DNA of 64,000 nt from Alphaproteobacteria bacterium (lineage in GTDB: Bacteria; Pseudomonadota; Alphaproteobacteria; SMXQ01), in contig JAYQQF010000016.1 in the NCBI GenBank assembly GCA_038145705.1, positions 6,675-70,674 on the forward strand. Reading direction: 5' to 3'. The notes below the pieces were generated by a model. It ran no database searches. It was not told where the DNA came from and saw only the letters and a list, made by a program, of their open reading frames with translations. A program made the position numbers and the translations under genes. Positions 8,863-18,412 of this stretch are shown piece after piece (position 1 is the first letter of the stretch; every line of letters starts with the position of its first letter).

Positions 8863-10008
8863 ATGTCGCTTAACAAAATCCGCACCGACGTCGTTGGCAG
8901 CCTGCTGCGCCCCGCTTATCTGAAGGAAGGCCGCGAAAGGCTCGACGCAGGCAAGCTGTCGGCCCCCGAATTCAAGGCGCTGGAAGAGCGCGCCGTGGCC
9001 GAGGCCGTGGACCTTCAGGAATCGGTCGGCCTCGACGTGCTGACCGATGGCGAGATGCGCCGCCTCAATTTCCAGGAAAGCTTCGGCTCCGCCGTCGAAG
9101 GCTTCGATGCCGCGGCGACCACCCTTCGCACCTATGAACGCCGCGTCGAGGGCTCGGCCCCCGGCCAGCGCTGGGAAATTCCGGAACTGGGCGGCCACGG
9201 CACCGCGGTGTCCCACCGCCGTCCGGTGGTCAGCCGCCTGAAGCTGGTCCGCAACATCCCGCTCGACGAATACAAGGCGGTGGCGAAAATCGCCAGGACC
9301 CCGGCCAAGGTCTCGCTGATCGGACCCGACCGTATTTCCCAGCGCTTCGCCTATGAAAACTCGACCGCCGTCTACAAGGGCATGGATGATTTCCTCGCCG
9401 ACGTCGTCGCCATCGAGCGCACCATCGTCGGCAGCCTCGTCGATGCGGGATGCAAATACGTGCATATCGACGCGCCGGGCTTCACGGCCTATGTCGATGA
9501 GCCGTCGATGGAGGAGATGCGCAAGCGCGGCGAAGACCCGATGAAGAATTTCGCGCGTTCGCTCAAGGCCGAAGCCGACGTGATCAAGGGCTTCCCCGGC
9601 GTGACTTTCGGCATCCATCTGTGCCGCGGCAACCAGCGCAGCATGTGGCACCGCGAGGGCACCTATGACGCCATCGCCGAGCGGCTGTTCAACGAACTGC
9701 CCCACGACCGTTTCCTGCTCGAATACGACACGCCGCGCGCCGGCAGCTTCGCGCCGCTGCGCTTCATGCCGAAGGGAAAGATAGTCGTGCTCGGCCTGAT
9801 CACGACCAAGACGCCGACCCTTGAAAAGGTCGACGACCTGCGCGCGCGGATCGACGAGGCCGCGAAGTACATTCCGCTCGACCAGCTTGCGCTGAGCCCG
9901 CAGTGCGGCTTCGCGTCGGATGTCATCGGCAACCTCCTCAGTCCCGATGACCAGAAGCGCAAGCTCGAGGTCATGGTCGAGACGGCCCGCAAGGTCTGGC
10001 AGAACTAG
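8863..10008 (+). CDS. Cobalamin-independent methionine synthase II family protein (single barrel)
   Basis: VVGSLLRP, TDGEMRR, Zn ligands HLCRGN and SPQCGF. Confidence 0.9.
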   Translation: MSLNKIRTDVVGSLLRPAYLKEGRERLDAGKLSAPEFKALEERAVAEAVDLQESVGLDVLTDGEMRRLNFQESFGSAVEGFDAAATTLRTYERRVEGSAPGQRWEIPELGGHGTAVSHRRPVVSRLKLVRNIPLDEYKAVAKIARTPAKVSLIGPDRISQRFAYENSTAVYKGMDDFLADVVAIERTIVGSLVDAGCKYVHIDAPGFTAYVDEPSMEEMRKRGEDPMKNFARSLKAEADVIKGFPGVTFGIHLCRGNQRSMWHREGTYDAIAERLFNELPHDRFLLEYDTPRAGSFAPLRFMPKGKIVVLGLITTKTPTLEKVDDLRARIDEAAKYIPLDQLALSPQCGFASDVIGNLLSPDDQKRKLEVMVETARKVWQN

Positions 10009-10147
10009 GCTATATGCCGCGCACCCGCCGGAGGTTTATGACTAAAGGCCGGTAGGCATACGCTGGTATTCGAGCCTGAAGGGGCCCGGACAGGACCGCC
10101 CTGCGGTCTTGATTGACGGCGCGCTTCGCGTCGGGGAATCATGTCCC

Positions 10148-10993
10148 ATGATCCGGTCATCCCAAAGCCTGCTTGCGCTCGTGGCCTTCGCCCTCGTTCT
10201 GGGCGGGCCGTTTTGCCGTGTCTTGGCGGCCCCCACGAATCTTGAGAAGGAAATCGGCGTTTTGCGCGCGAGCAATGCCGCGTGGCAGCGCGAGCTGGCG
10301 TCCTTTCGCGGCGCTCGGGCAAAGGGTGCGTTGTCGGGAGGCGAGCTCAACGATTATGCGGCTTTCGTGGCGGGCCTGCGCGCCAATGTTCTGGTGCAGT
10401 GCGAAAAGGTGCGGGGCCTCGGCGGCGAGGCTGCCCTTGGAGAATTTGACTGCAAGATTCCCACCGATGAGCAGGCTGTCGCTGTCGTCGTGACCGGTCA
10501 GGGCGTGCAAACGGAAGAAGAAAAGATCCGCGCCCGCGAACGCCGCTTGCAGGATCTCGAGACGAGCATCGACGAAGAACTGCTGCGCCGTCAGCAGGAA
10601 ATTCGCGAGATGGTGAAGCCGAACGGCGGCGGTGGTGGCGGAGGCGGCGCTTCCGCCGGCAGTTCGGGGCAGGGCGCTGCATCATCGTCCGGCTCGAAGG
10701 AATCGGGCGCGGCTTCGTCGGGCAGCGCTTCGGCATCGTCGGCCGGCGTCAAATGGAGCGATCCCGGCGCCAGCGGCACGGCGGGCACCAGATCGCCGTC
10801 GAACGGCGCCTCGGCTCCGCCGTCCTCGGCCCCGCGGCCCAATGCAGCGAAGCGGGAAGAAAACAGGGATCCGTCAAACGAAGATGACGTCGTCGCGCGC
10901 CAGTTGCGTGAAGCCGCCGAGCGGGAAACCGATCCCGTTCTCAAACAAAAGCTGATGGAAGAATATCGCAAGTATAAGGAGGCAAAACGATGA
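10148..10993 (+). CDS. Secreted protein with coiled coil, Gly/Ser/Pro linker and C-terminal helical domain
   Basis: Signal peptide; GGGGGGGG/SSG linker; C-terminal DDVVARQLREAAERETDP motif; ATGA overlap with next gene. Confidence 0.8.
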   Translation: MIRSSQSLLALVAFALVLGGPFCRVLAAPTNLEKEIGVLRASNAAWQRELASFRGARAKGALSGGELNDYAAFVAGLRANVLVQCEKVRGLGGEAALGEFDCKIPTDEQAVAVVVTGQGVQTEEEKIRARERRLQDLETSIDEELLRRQQEIREMVKPNGGGGGGGGASAGSSGQGAASSSGSKESGAASSGSASASSAGVKWSDPGASGTAGTRSPSNGASAPPSSAPRPNAAKREENRDPSNEDDVVARQLREAAERETDPVLKQKLMEEYRKYKEAKR

Positions 10994-12324
10994 GCCTGAC
11001 GTATCGCGTCTTTCGGTCCGCTGCGGTCGTTTTGCTGGCAGCGTCTCTTGGAGCCTGTGCCCAAACCTATGCAAAACGCACGGTCACCGAAACGGAAGCG
11101 CCGCTCGATCAGTCGGGGGCCAAGGCCCCGGGCGGTGAGCCGCTGTCGGTTCGCATAGAAGCCTTCGACCCGGGCAAGCTGCCGGAGGATCCGAACCACG
11201 CCAAGGGGCTTTCGCCGGAAATAAGAAATGCGGAAGCCTACTATGTGCCGGTGCAGATCAAGAACACCATGCAGCGTTCGGGCTATTGGGGTCCAGTGCG
11301 CGTGGTGCCCAAGGGCAGCCGCGAGGGCGAAGTTATCGTCACGGGGAGGATTGAGGAGTCCGATGGCGAAATCCTCAAGCTTTCCATCAGCGTGAAGGAT
11401 GCGACGGGGCGGCCCTGGTTTACCAAAACCTACGAGCGGGTCATTGATGAAGCCCAATACCGCAACGCATCCGGCGTCGATCCGTTTCAGGGAATCTACA
11501 ACGAGATCGCCAATGATATCGCGGCACACCGCAAAAAACTTCCGTCCGGCGATACCGTTGCCGTTCGGCAGGTTGCCGAGTTGCGCTTCGGCGCGGATTT
11601 CGCCCCCGACGTTTTCGGCGCCTATCTGAAAAAACCGGCTGAAAAGGACTCCAAGCCCGACGGGGATGACACCCTCAAGAAGCTCGTGGCGCTGTTTGAC
11701 AGCAATCCGACCCCTGATGACGCGACCCTCTACAAGGTCCGGCGCCTGCCGTCGCCGAACGATCCCATGATTGCACGGGTGAACCGGATTCGCGCGCGTG
11801 AGGAATACCTGATCGATACGCTGGACCAGCAATACGACGGGCTTGCGAGGAATCTTGCTCCCGCATATACGCGCTGGCGCGAGTCCCGGCTGAAGGAAAT
11901 CAATGCCGTTCGCGCCGTCGATGACGCCAAAGCCAAGCAGCAGAGCGAGGCGATCGCCATAGGCGTTCTTGGCGCGCTTGCGGGGGCGGCCGTCGGCTCG
12001 CAGAGGAATTGCTATTCGTGTCAGACGACCGGTGCCGTTATCGCCGGCGCGGCCATAGCGGTTGCGGTGAAGCATGCGGTGGACGCCTCCGACCAGGCCT
12101 CTGCCGAGACGAAACTGCGCATGACGACGTTGGTCGAAATCGGCAAGTCGATCTCCGACGATGTCAAGCCGGTGGTCGTCGAGGTCGAGGGAAGGACTGT
12201 CGAGCTCAAGGGCAGCGTCGATCAGAAATTCGATCAATGGCGCCGGGTTCTGAAGGAACTATCCGAGCAGGAAAACGGTCCGCAGCAGCCGGCGCCTGCC
12301 CCGGCCCCCAAACGCGACGTTTGA
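10990..12324 (+). CDS. Lipoprotein with glycine-zipper-like hairpin
   Basis: Lipobox LGA-C; hydrophobic hairpin AIAIGVLGALAGAAVG...CYSC...GAVIAGAAIAVAV. Confidence 0.85.
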   Translation: MSLTYRVFRSAAVVLLAASLGACAQTYAKRTVTETEAPLDQSGAKAPGGEPLSVRIEAFDPGKLPEDPNHAKGLSPEIRNAEAYYVPVQIKNTMQRSGYWGPVRVVPKGSREGEVIVTGRIEESDGEILKLSISVKDATGRPWFTKTYERVIDEAQYRNASGVDPFQGIYNEIANDIAAHRKKLPSGDTVAVRQVAELRFGADFAPDVFGAYLKKPAEKDSKPDGDDTLKKLVALFDSNPTPDDATLYKVRRLPSPNDPMIARVNRIRAREEYLIDTLDQQYDGLARNLAPAYTRWRESRLKEINAVRAVDDAKAKQQSEAIAIGVLGALAGAAVGSQRNCYSCQTTGAVIAGAAIAVAVKHAVDASDQASAETKLRMTTLVEIGKSISDDVKPVVVEVEGRTVELKGSVDQKFDQWRRVLKELSEQENGPQQPAPAPAPKRDV

Positions 12325-12355
12325 GGGATTCCCCTATCCGGTACGAGCGCTCGTC

Positions 12356-13828
12356 ATGGTAAGGCCGCCTGCAAAACCGCTCCGCGCTGCGATACCGGCT
12401 GGCCGCGCCGCGAGCGGTCACGACCGTCTCAAGTTCATTTTGGGCGGTGTATTCGCGGTGCTCGTCGTTGTCGCGCTGGCCGTGGTGTTTCTGTTGCCGG
12501 GCAAAATGACGCACTCGCCCGCGGCGTCCGCCATGCCCGGATCGACCGCGCCGGTGTCCCCCGCCGCGGCCCTGCCCCAGGACTTCGCCGACAAGCCGGC
12601 TGCCGACAAGCTGCGCGCCGAAGCGTTGCAGGCAGACGTCAAACTCAAGGGTGAGGGGGTTGGCGTCTGGGGCGCGGAAAAGGTCGATACCGATCTTGCC
12701 TCGGCCGAAGCGCGGCTCAAGTCCGCCAATGAACTTTACGACCAGAAGAAATTCACGGCGTCGCTCGCCGCCTTTCGCGAGAGTATAGAACTTTACGGCA
12801 GGCTCGAGGCCAGCAAGCCGGAGCGCCTGCGCCGCGCCGTGCAGGCCGGTCGCACTGCATATGATGCCTTTGATGCGGCCCGCGCGACCGCGCATTACGA
12901 ATTGGCGCTGCTGCTCGACCCGGCCAATCCGGAGGCGCAAGCGGGAAAGGATCGCGCCGCGAAGCTGCCCGCGGTCCTCGCGGGCATTGCCGCGGGCAAG
13001 GCCAAGGAGAGCGAAGGCGATCTCGACAGTGCGTATGAAGCTTATGTCAGGGTTTCCGGTCTTGACCCGGCCTATGTGCCGGTTAAGGCCGAAATCGAGC
13101 GCCTGGGGAAGATGATCGGGGATCGTGATTATCAGGCCGCGGTATCCCGGACATTGGCGTTGATCGACCAGAAGAATTTTACTGATGCGCGCGTTACCCT
13201 GAAGCAGGCATTGGCGATTCGCCCGGCGGCACCGGAACTCAGGGAAATATCGGGGCGCATCGCCGCAGGTGTTCAGGCGGAGACCCTTGATCGTCTCCGG
13301 CGCAGCGGCGCTTCATTCGAGCGGCAGGAAAAATGGGTCGATGCCGTTGCGGCATATGCCAAGGCGCTTTCGCTTGATGCGACGGCCAGCTTTGCCGCGG
13401 CGGGCCGCGCCCGCGCCCAGGGCATGGCCGACCTGCATGCGGCCATCGACCGTTACCTGGCCGAGCCGGCGCGCCTGCGTTCGCCTGATCCGCTCGCCCA
13501 TGCCCGCGGGGTTCTCGGACAGGCCAAGGCGGTTGCAGGGGCAGGCCCCGTGCTTTCCGGAAAACTGCGCCGCCTCGAGGCGGCCATTGCCGCCCAGGGC
13601 AGAGAGGTTCCGGTCACGCTTCGGTCGGATGCCAAAACCACTGTTGCGATCACCCGGGTCGGGCGCTTCGGCGCTTTCACCTCCCGCGTGGTCAAGCTTC
13701 ATCCGGGCACCTATACGGCGGTAGGATCGCGGGACGGTTATCGCGATGTGCGTGTCGAGTTCCGGGTTGGACCTGACGACGCCAACGTGACCATCTCGAT
13801 CCAGTGCACGGAGCCAATCGCCCAATGA
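12356..13828 (+). CDS. Membrane-anchored TPR-like protein with C-terminal PEGA-like domain
   Basis: One N-terminal TM, Ala-rich helical repeats (YELALLLDPANPEA), C-terminal LHPGTYTAVGSRDGYRD. Confidence 0.85.
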   Translation: MVRPPAKPLRAAIPAGRAASGHDRLKFILGGVFAVLVVVALAVVFLLPGKMTHSPAASAMPGSTAPVSPAAALPQDFADKPAADKLRAEALQADVKLKGEGVGVWGAEKVDTDLASAEARLKSANELYDQKKFTASLAAFRESIELYGRLEASKPERLRRAVQAGRTAYDAFDAARATAHYELALLLDPANPEAQAGKDRAAKLPAVLAGIAAGKAKESEGDLDSAYEAYVRVSGLDPAYVPVKAEIERLGKMIGDRDYQAAVSRTLALIDQKNFTDARVTLKQALAIRPAAPELREISGRIAAGVQAETLDRLRRSGASFERQEKWVDAVAAYAKALSLDATASFAAAGRARAQGMADLHAAIDRYLAEPARLRSPDPLAHARGVLGQAKAVAGAGPVLSGKLRRLEAAIAAQGREVPVTLRSDAKTTVAITRVGRFGAFTSRVVKLHPGTYTAVGSRDGYRDVRVEFRVGPDDANVTISIQCTEPIAQ

Positions 13829-16269
13829 CGCTTTGTTTCGTCGACGGAGAAAAAACCAGCAATTTCAGCGCCGAGGATTTTCCCCTTGCGCTCGGCCTGT
13901 CGTCGGACCGGTCTCTCGCTGTCGGGGTCGAGGCCGAAACAGCGCCGGTGGCCTGGATTACCCTGCATGAGGGTCGCTTTTCGCTGCAGTCCGAGCGGAC
14001 CCGCATTCCTTTCTCCTATGACGGCGCGGTCCCGGCCGGTGCAGTGTGGCTCGCCGAAGGCGGTGAAATCGAGATCGCGGGGCGGGTCATCGATGTTTCG
14101 GTTTCCGGCGGGGCCTGCCGCCTTGCGCTGCGCCCCGCTGTCGCGGCGGAGAGTGTCGAGACGGTCGCCGAGGCGCCTGAAGCCGCGGCCGATACGGATG
14201 ACATGAAATTCGAACGCTTCGGCACGAAATTCGGCGAATCGTCCCGGGCCGCCGGTTTTGGCTTGTCGAAATCGGCGAAAATTTCCCTCGGCCTTTTTGC
14301 GTCGCTCCTCCTTGCGGTCGTGTACGTTCTCGTCAGTTCGCCGGTCTATCTGCAGATCGTCCCCGCCCCGCAGAAAGCCTCGCTTTCCGGTTTTCCGCCG
14401 CCGGTACCGGTTCTGGATCGTTATCTTGCCTTGCCGGGAACCTACACCGTGACCGCTTCGGCGCCGGGGTTCAAACCTCTCGAGGAGAAGGTGACGGTCG
14501 GCTTCGGCCAGTCGCCGACCTTCGCATTCCAGCTCAGGATCCTTCCAGGGCTGCTCTCGGTCACGACCCCGCCGATCGAGGGCGCGACGATCCTTGTCGA
14601 TGGCAAGGAAGCCGGGAAAAGCCCGGCCGGGGATATCGAGGTCGATGCGGGAAAGCGCGAAATACGCATCGTTTCGGAGCGTTACCTGCCCGAAACCCGG
14701 ATGATCGACGTGCGGGGGCGCGGTGAACGCCAGGCCCTCGACATTCCGCTTTTGCCCGGTTGGGGCACGGTCGAGGTGCAGTCGGTGCCGGCCCAGGCGA
14801 CGGTGCGCCTTGGCGGCAAGCCGGTCGGCGAAACGCCGCTTACTTTCCAGCCGCTCCAGGGCGTTCATGAACTCGAGATATCGAAGAGCGGCTGGAAGAC
14901 GGTCCGCCAGCGCGTCGAAATAAAGGCCGGGCAGACCGCTGCACTGGCCCCGATCAGGATGGAAAAAATCGACGGCACGATCGATCTTTCGACCTCGCCG
15001 GCAGAAGCGACGATCACGGTCGATGGTCAGTTCAAGGGTCGTTCGCCGCTTGCGTTTCCCCTCGTGTCCGATCGTGATTATGTCCTCAGGATCACCAAGG
15101 CGGGCTATATCGGCGTGACGCGCACCGTGCGTGTCGAAGGCGACAAGACGATGCCGCTTTCGGTCGCCCTCAAGCCGGAGCTTGGCACCGTTTTCATTGC
15201 GGCGGTCCCCGCCGATGCGACGCTTTCGATCAATGGCACGCAGCGGGGCAGGGCCACGCAGCGGCTTTCTTTGCAAACCCTGCCGCAGGCCATTGTCGTT
15301 TCCAAGCCGGGGTACGTGCCTTTTCGCACGACGGTGACGCCGCACGCGGGCGTGTCGCGCACGATCAATGTAGCGCTCAAGACGGTGGGTCAGGACCTTC
15401 TGGACAAGGATGCCAAGGGGGTGCGTACGAAGGGCGGCCAGCGTATCCGCCTGATGTTTCTCGATGGCCCGCAGCGGCTCATGCTTGGCGCGCCGCGCCG
15501 CGATCCCGGCCGCCGATCCAACGAACCCGAGCACCTGGTGGAGCTCACCCGCTCGTTCTGGATCAGCGAAAAAGAAGTGACCAATACCGAGTTCCGCAAG
15601 TTCCGGCCTTCGCATGCATCGGGGACCTATCAGGGCAAGAGCCTCAACGATGCCGCCCAGCCGGTCGTCAATGTGTCCTGGGATGACGCGGCGCGCTACG
15701 CCAATTGGCTCAGCGGGCAGGAAAAGCTGGCACCTGCCTACCGCGAATCGGGTGGCCGCATGGTGCCGGTGCTGCCGGTCACCAACGGCTACCGACTGCC
15801 CAGCGAGGCGGAATGGGAATACGTCGCCCGTTACGACGCCGGACGTCGTTCTCTGGCGCAGCCCCGCAGGTTTCCCTGGGGCGATTCGATGCCGCCCGCC
15901 GCGCGCAGCGGCAATTACGCCGATGACGCGCTGCCGCGCCTGCCCTTTGCCATCGGGGGGTACGTCGATGGTTATTCCGTGACCGCGCCGGTCGGAAAGT
16001 TCCCCGCCAATGTCGCCGGCCTGTACGATCTCGGTGGCAACGTCGCCGAATGGTGCCATGATTACTACGACGTGAACTTGAGCGCTTCGGCGTCACCCAA
16101 GCGCGATCCGCTTGGTCCCGACAGCGGACGGTTTCATGTCATCAAGGGTGCGAGCTGGCGGAGCGGTACCATCACCGATCTGCGCCTTAGCTACAGGGAC
16201 TATGCGGAAAAGCCGCGTGACGATATCGGATTCAGGATCGTGCGTTATGCCGAAATTCCGGGAAAGTAA
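13825..16269 (+). CDS. PEGA-repeat / FGE-sulfatase (SUMF1/PvdO)-fold membrane protein
   Basis: TM, several PEGA repeats (STSPAEATITVDG...GRSP...KAGY), C-terminal RLPSEAEWEY, GLYDLGGNVAEW, IGFR. ATGA overlap at 13825. Confidence 0.92.
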   Translation: MTLCFVDGEKTSNFSAEDFPLALGLSSDRSLAVGVEAETAPVAWITLHEGRFSLQSERTRIPFSYDGAVPAGAVWLAEGGEIEIAGRVIDVSVSGGACRLALRPAVAAESVETVAEAPEAAADTDDMKFERFGTKFGESSRAAGFGLSKSAKISLGLFASLLLAVVYVLVSSPVYLQIVPAPQKASLSGFPPPVPVLDRYLALPGTYTVTASAPGFKPLEEKVTVGFGQSPTFAFQLRILPGLLSVTTPPIEGATILVDGKEAGKSPAGDIEVDAGKREIRIVSERYLPETRMIDVRGRGERQALDIPLLPGWGTVEVQSVPAQATVRLGGKPVGETPLTFQPLQGVHELEISKSGWKTVRQRVEIKAGQTAALAPIRMEKIDGTIDLSTSPAEATITVDGQFKGRSPLAFPLVSDRDYVLRITKAGYIGVTRTVRVEGDKTMPLSVALKPELGTVFIAAVPADATLSINGTQRGRATQRLSLQTLPQAIVVSKPGYVPFRTTVTPHAGVSRTINVALKTVGQDLLDKDAKGVRTKGGQRIRLMFLDGPQRLMLGAPRRDPGRRSNEPEHLVELTRSFWISEKEVTNTEFRKFRPSHASGTYQGKSLNDAAQPVVNVSWDDAARYANWLSGQEKLAPAYRESGGRMVPVLPVTNGYRLPSEAEWEYVARYDAGRRSLAQPRRFPWGDSMPPAARSGNYADDALPRLPFAIGGYVDGYSVTAPVGKFPANVAGLYDLGGNVAEWCHDYYDVNLSASASPKRDPLGPDSGRFHVIKGASWRSGTITDLRLSYRDYAEKPRDDIGFRIVRYAEIPGK

Positions 16270-16489
16270 CAGACGCGGATTCGCGGTCCTGCTTGCCGCG
16301 ATCCTGATGACGGCGGCGCTGCCGGTGCTGGCCGCTGACAAGGCTGTGCCCCCGCCGCCGGGGACCGTCCAGCCGCCGCCTGTCGCGGCCGGCCCCCCCG
16401 GGGCGGCCACGACTTCGCCTGGCCAGACCTTCGTGCCGAGCGAAAAAATATCCGCCGGTACGGCGGTCGCCTTTCCGAACGACATATGA
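16247..16489 (+). CDS. Small secreted Pro-rich protein
   Basis: Signal peptide (VLA-A), PPPP linker, C-terminal FVPSEKISAGTAVAFPNDI; fills the operon gap. Confidence 0.75.
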   Translation: MPKFRESNRRGFAVLLAAILMTAALPVLAADKAVPPPPGTVQPPPVAAGPPGAATTSPGQTFVPSEKISAGTAVAFPNDI

Positions 16490-16498
16490 GAGCCGCCC

Positions 16499-17296
16499 AT
16501 GCGCAAGCTGTTTCCCACGGAATTCGTCGTACAGGTCTTCTCTCTGCTGGTGTCGTTCATCCTCGTGCACGCCGTCTACGTCACGTTGATCCGGCCCAGC
16601 GCCGAGGCGTTCCTTGCCGAGGAGCGCGCCAAGGTGAAGATCGACAAGAGCTATCAGATGCGCCAGTCGGCCTATGTGGTCATGCGCGACTACGAGCAGG
16701 AGGCCTGTCTCGTCCTGATGCTGTGGGCGCTCTCCATCCTCGGCTACAAGACCTACAACATCCGTCGCCAGAGCCAGCAACTCGGCTACGACTTCGTCGG
16801 GCTGCCCGAAGGCACCCCGGTCACCGTCGACAGCGCGCGGCAGACGTCGGCCTTGATCCGCAAGCGGCTGCCTGAAGCCATGCACGATTACCTGCTGCCG
16901 CGCGTGATGCTGGCCGCGATCGATCGCTTTTCCGCGACGCGCAGCGTGCAGGACTGCTCGAGCGTCGTGCACACGGTGTGCGATGCGGAGGCGGAGCGCC
17001 TGGAATCCGATCTTTCCATCATTCGTTATATCGCCTGGGCCATCCCTTCGGTCGGCTTCATCGGAACCGTCCGCGGTATCGGCGATGCGTTGGCGCAGGC
17101 GCATCGCGCGGTCGAAGGAGACATCACCGGCGTAACCGACAGCCTGGGCGTGGCCTTTAATTCCACCTTCGTGGCGTTGCTCATCAGTATCGCGCTGATG
17201 TTCCTCGTGCATCAGGTGCAGTCGATGCAGGAAAAGCTCGTATTGGACACCCGTCGCTATTGCGATGACTGGTTTGTCCGCCGCCTGAAGGTTTAA
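16499..17296 (+). CDS. MotA/TolQ/ExbB proton channel family protein
   Basis: IPSVGFIGTVRGI and LGVAFNSTFVALLIS channel helices; four hydrophobic segments. Confidence 0.92.
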   Translation: MRKLFPTEFVVQVFSLLVSFILVHAVYVTLIRPSAEAFLAEERAKVKIDKSYQMRQSAYVVMRDYEQEACLVLMLWALSILGYKTYNIRRQSQQLGYDFVGLPEGTPVTVDSARQTSALIRKRLPEAMHDYLLPRVMLAAIDRFSATRSVQDCSSVVHTVCDAEAERLESDLSIIRYIAWAIPSVGFIGTVRGIGDALAQAHRAVEGDITGVTDSLGVAFNSTFVALLISIALMFLVHQVQSMQEKLVLDTRRYCDDWFVRRLKV

Positions 17297-17317
17297 CGCC
17301 GGGATCGGGGCTGCGCG

Positions 17318-18412
17318 ATGGCCAAGCGCGATATCTCGCCGATGAGCCTGTCCTTTCTGGACGTGATGTGCTGCGGCTTCGGCGCGATCATTCTGCTGGT
17401 CATGATCATGAACGGCGATGTGCTGAAAAAGCGCGAGCACCGGTATGAAGACCTTCGCGCCGAATTCAAAAGGGTGACCGAGCTCGAAAATCTGGCCCGG
17501 GCCAATCTGGAAAAGCTGCAATCGGATGTACAGGCCGCGGAGCTGCGCGAAGCCGACCTCGAAGTGCAGGCGACGGGTCTGGCCCGCAAGATCGATGAAA
17601 CGAAGCGTCGTTCCGACCAGGCGGCGGCGAAGGCGGCCGCGGCGCAGGATTCCATCCGCAGCCTTGCCCAGCAGAGCGCCGCCATTCAAAGCGCGGTGAC
17701 GGCGCTGCGCGAAAAGAATGCCGAGAAATGGCGCGGCGGGCGCAGCCCTGTTGGCTTCAGCGGCGATGGAGAACGCCAGTACCTGACCGGTCTCAAGCTG
17801 GGTGCCGAACGCACCCTTATTCTTGTCGATTCGTCGGCAAGCATGCTCGACGAAACCGTGGTCAATGTCGTGCGGCGCAAGTTGATGAGTGCCCCGTCGC
17901 GTCAGACCGCGCCCAAGTGGCAGCGGGCGCTGCGCACAACACATTGGCTGCTGTCCAACCTTCGGCCGGGCAAGAAGTTCCAGATCTATGATTTCAGCAC
18001 GGATGCACGGCCTCTGGTCGCGGGTTCGGATGGAACCTGGCTCAGCACCGACGACACGGGAAAATTGACCGCGGCAATCGCGGCCTCGCGGCGGATCGTG
18101 CCCGATGGCGGCACCAGCCTGCATCAGGCGTTTGATGTCATCAGGCGGATGTCGCCCCGCCCCGACAGCGTGATCCTGCTGACCGACGGGCTGGCCACCC
18201 AGGGCAAGTCGCTTTCTCCCCGCGGTGTCGCCACCGTCAAGGATCGCGAGCGTTTTACTTCGGAAGCCATCCGGGACGCCTTGCCGCCCAGCGTGCCGGT
18301 CAACACCCTGCTGTTCCCGATGGAAGGCGATCCGACTGCCGCGGGGGCTTTCTGGCTGCTGGCGATAAAGACCAGGGGCTCGTTTCTGACGCCGGCGAGG
18401 GACTGGCCATGA
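17318..18412 (+). CDS. VWA-domain protein with ExbD/MotB-like N-terminal anchor and coiled coil
   Basis: SFLDVMCCGFGAIILL TM; coiled coil; MIDAS DSSAS...GGT...TDG. Confidence 0.9.
   Translation: MAKRDISPMSLSFLDVMCCGFGAIILLVMIMNGDVLKKREHRYEDLRAEFKRVTELENLARANLEKLQSDVQAAELREADLEVQATGLARKIDETKRRSDQAAAKAAAAQDSIRSLAQQSAAIQSAVTALREKNAEKWRGGRSPVGFSGDGERQYLTGLKLGAERTLILVDSSASMLDETVVNVVRRKLMSAPSRQTAPKWQRALRTTHWLLSNLRPGKKFQIYDFSTDARPLVAGSDGTWLSTDDTGKLTAAIAASRRIVPDGGTSLHQAFDVIRRMSPRPDSVILLTDGLATQGKSLSPRGVATVKDRERFTSEAIRDALPPSVPVNTLLFPMEGDPTAAGAFWLLAIKTRGSFLTPARDWP

Noticed and set aside
10620-10850. GGC/TCG-rich repeats as a tandem array
   Set aside because: Encodes an in-frame Gly/Ser linker with no regular repeat-spacer structure.
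10591-18124. Long minus-strand ORFs (548, 773, 630 aa)
   Set aside because: Antisense shadows of well-supported plus-strand genes in high-GC DNA, with no motifs.
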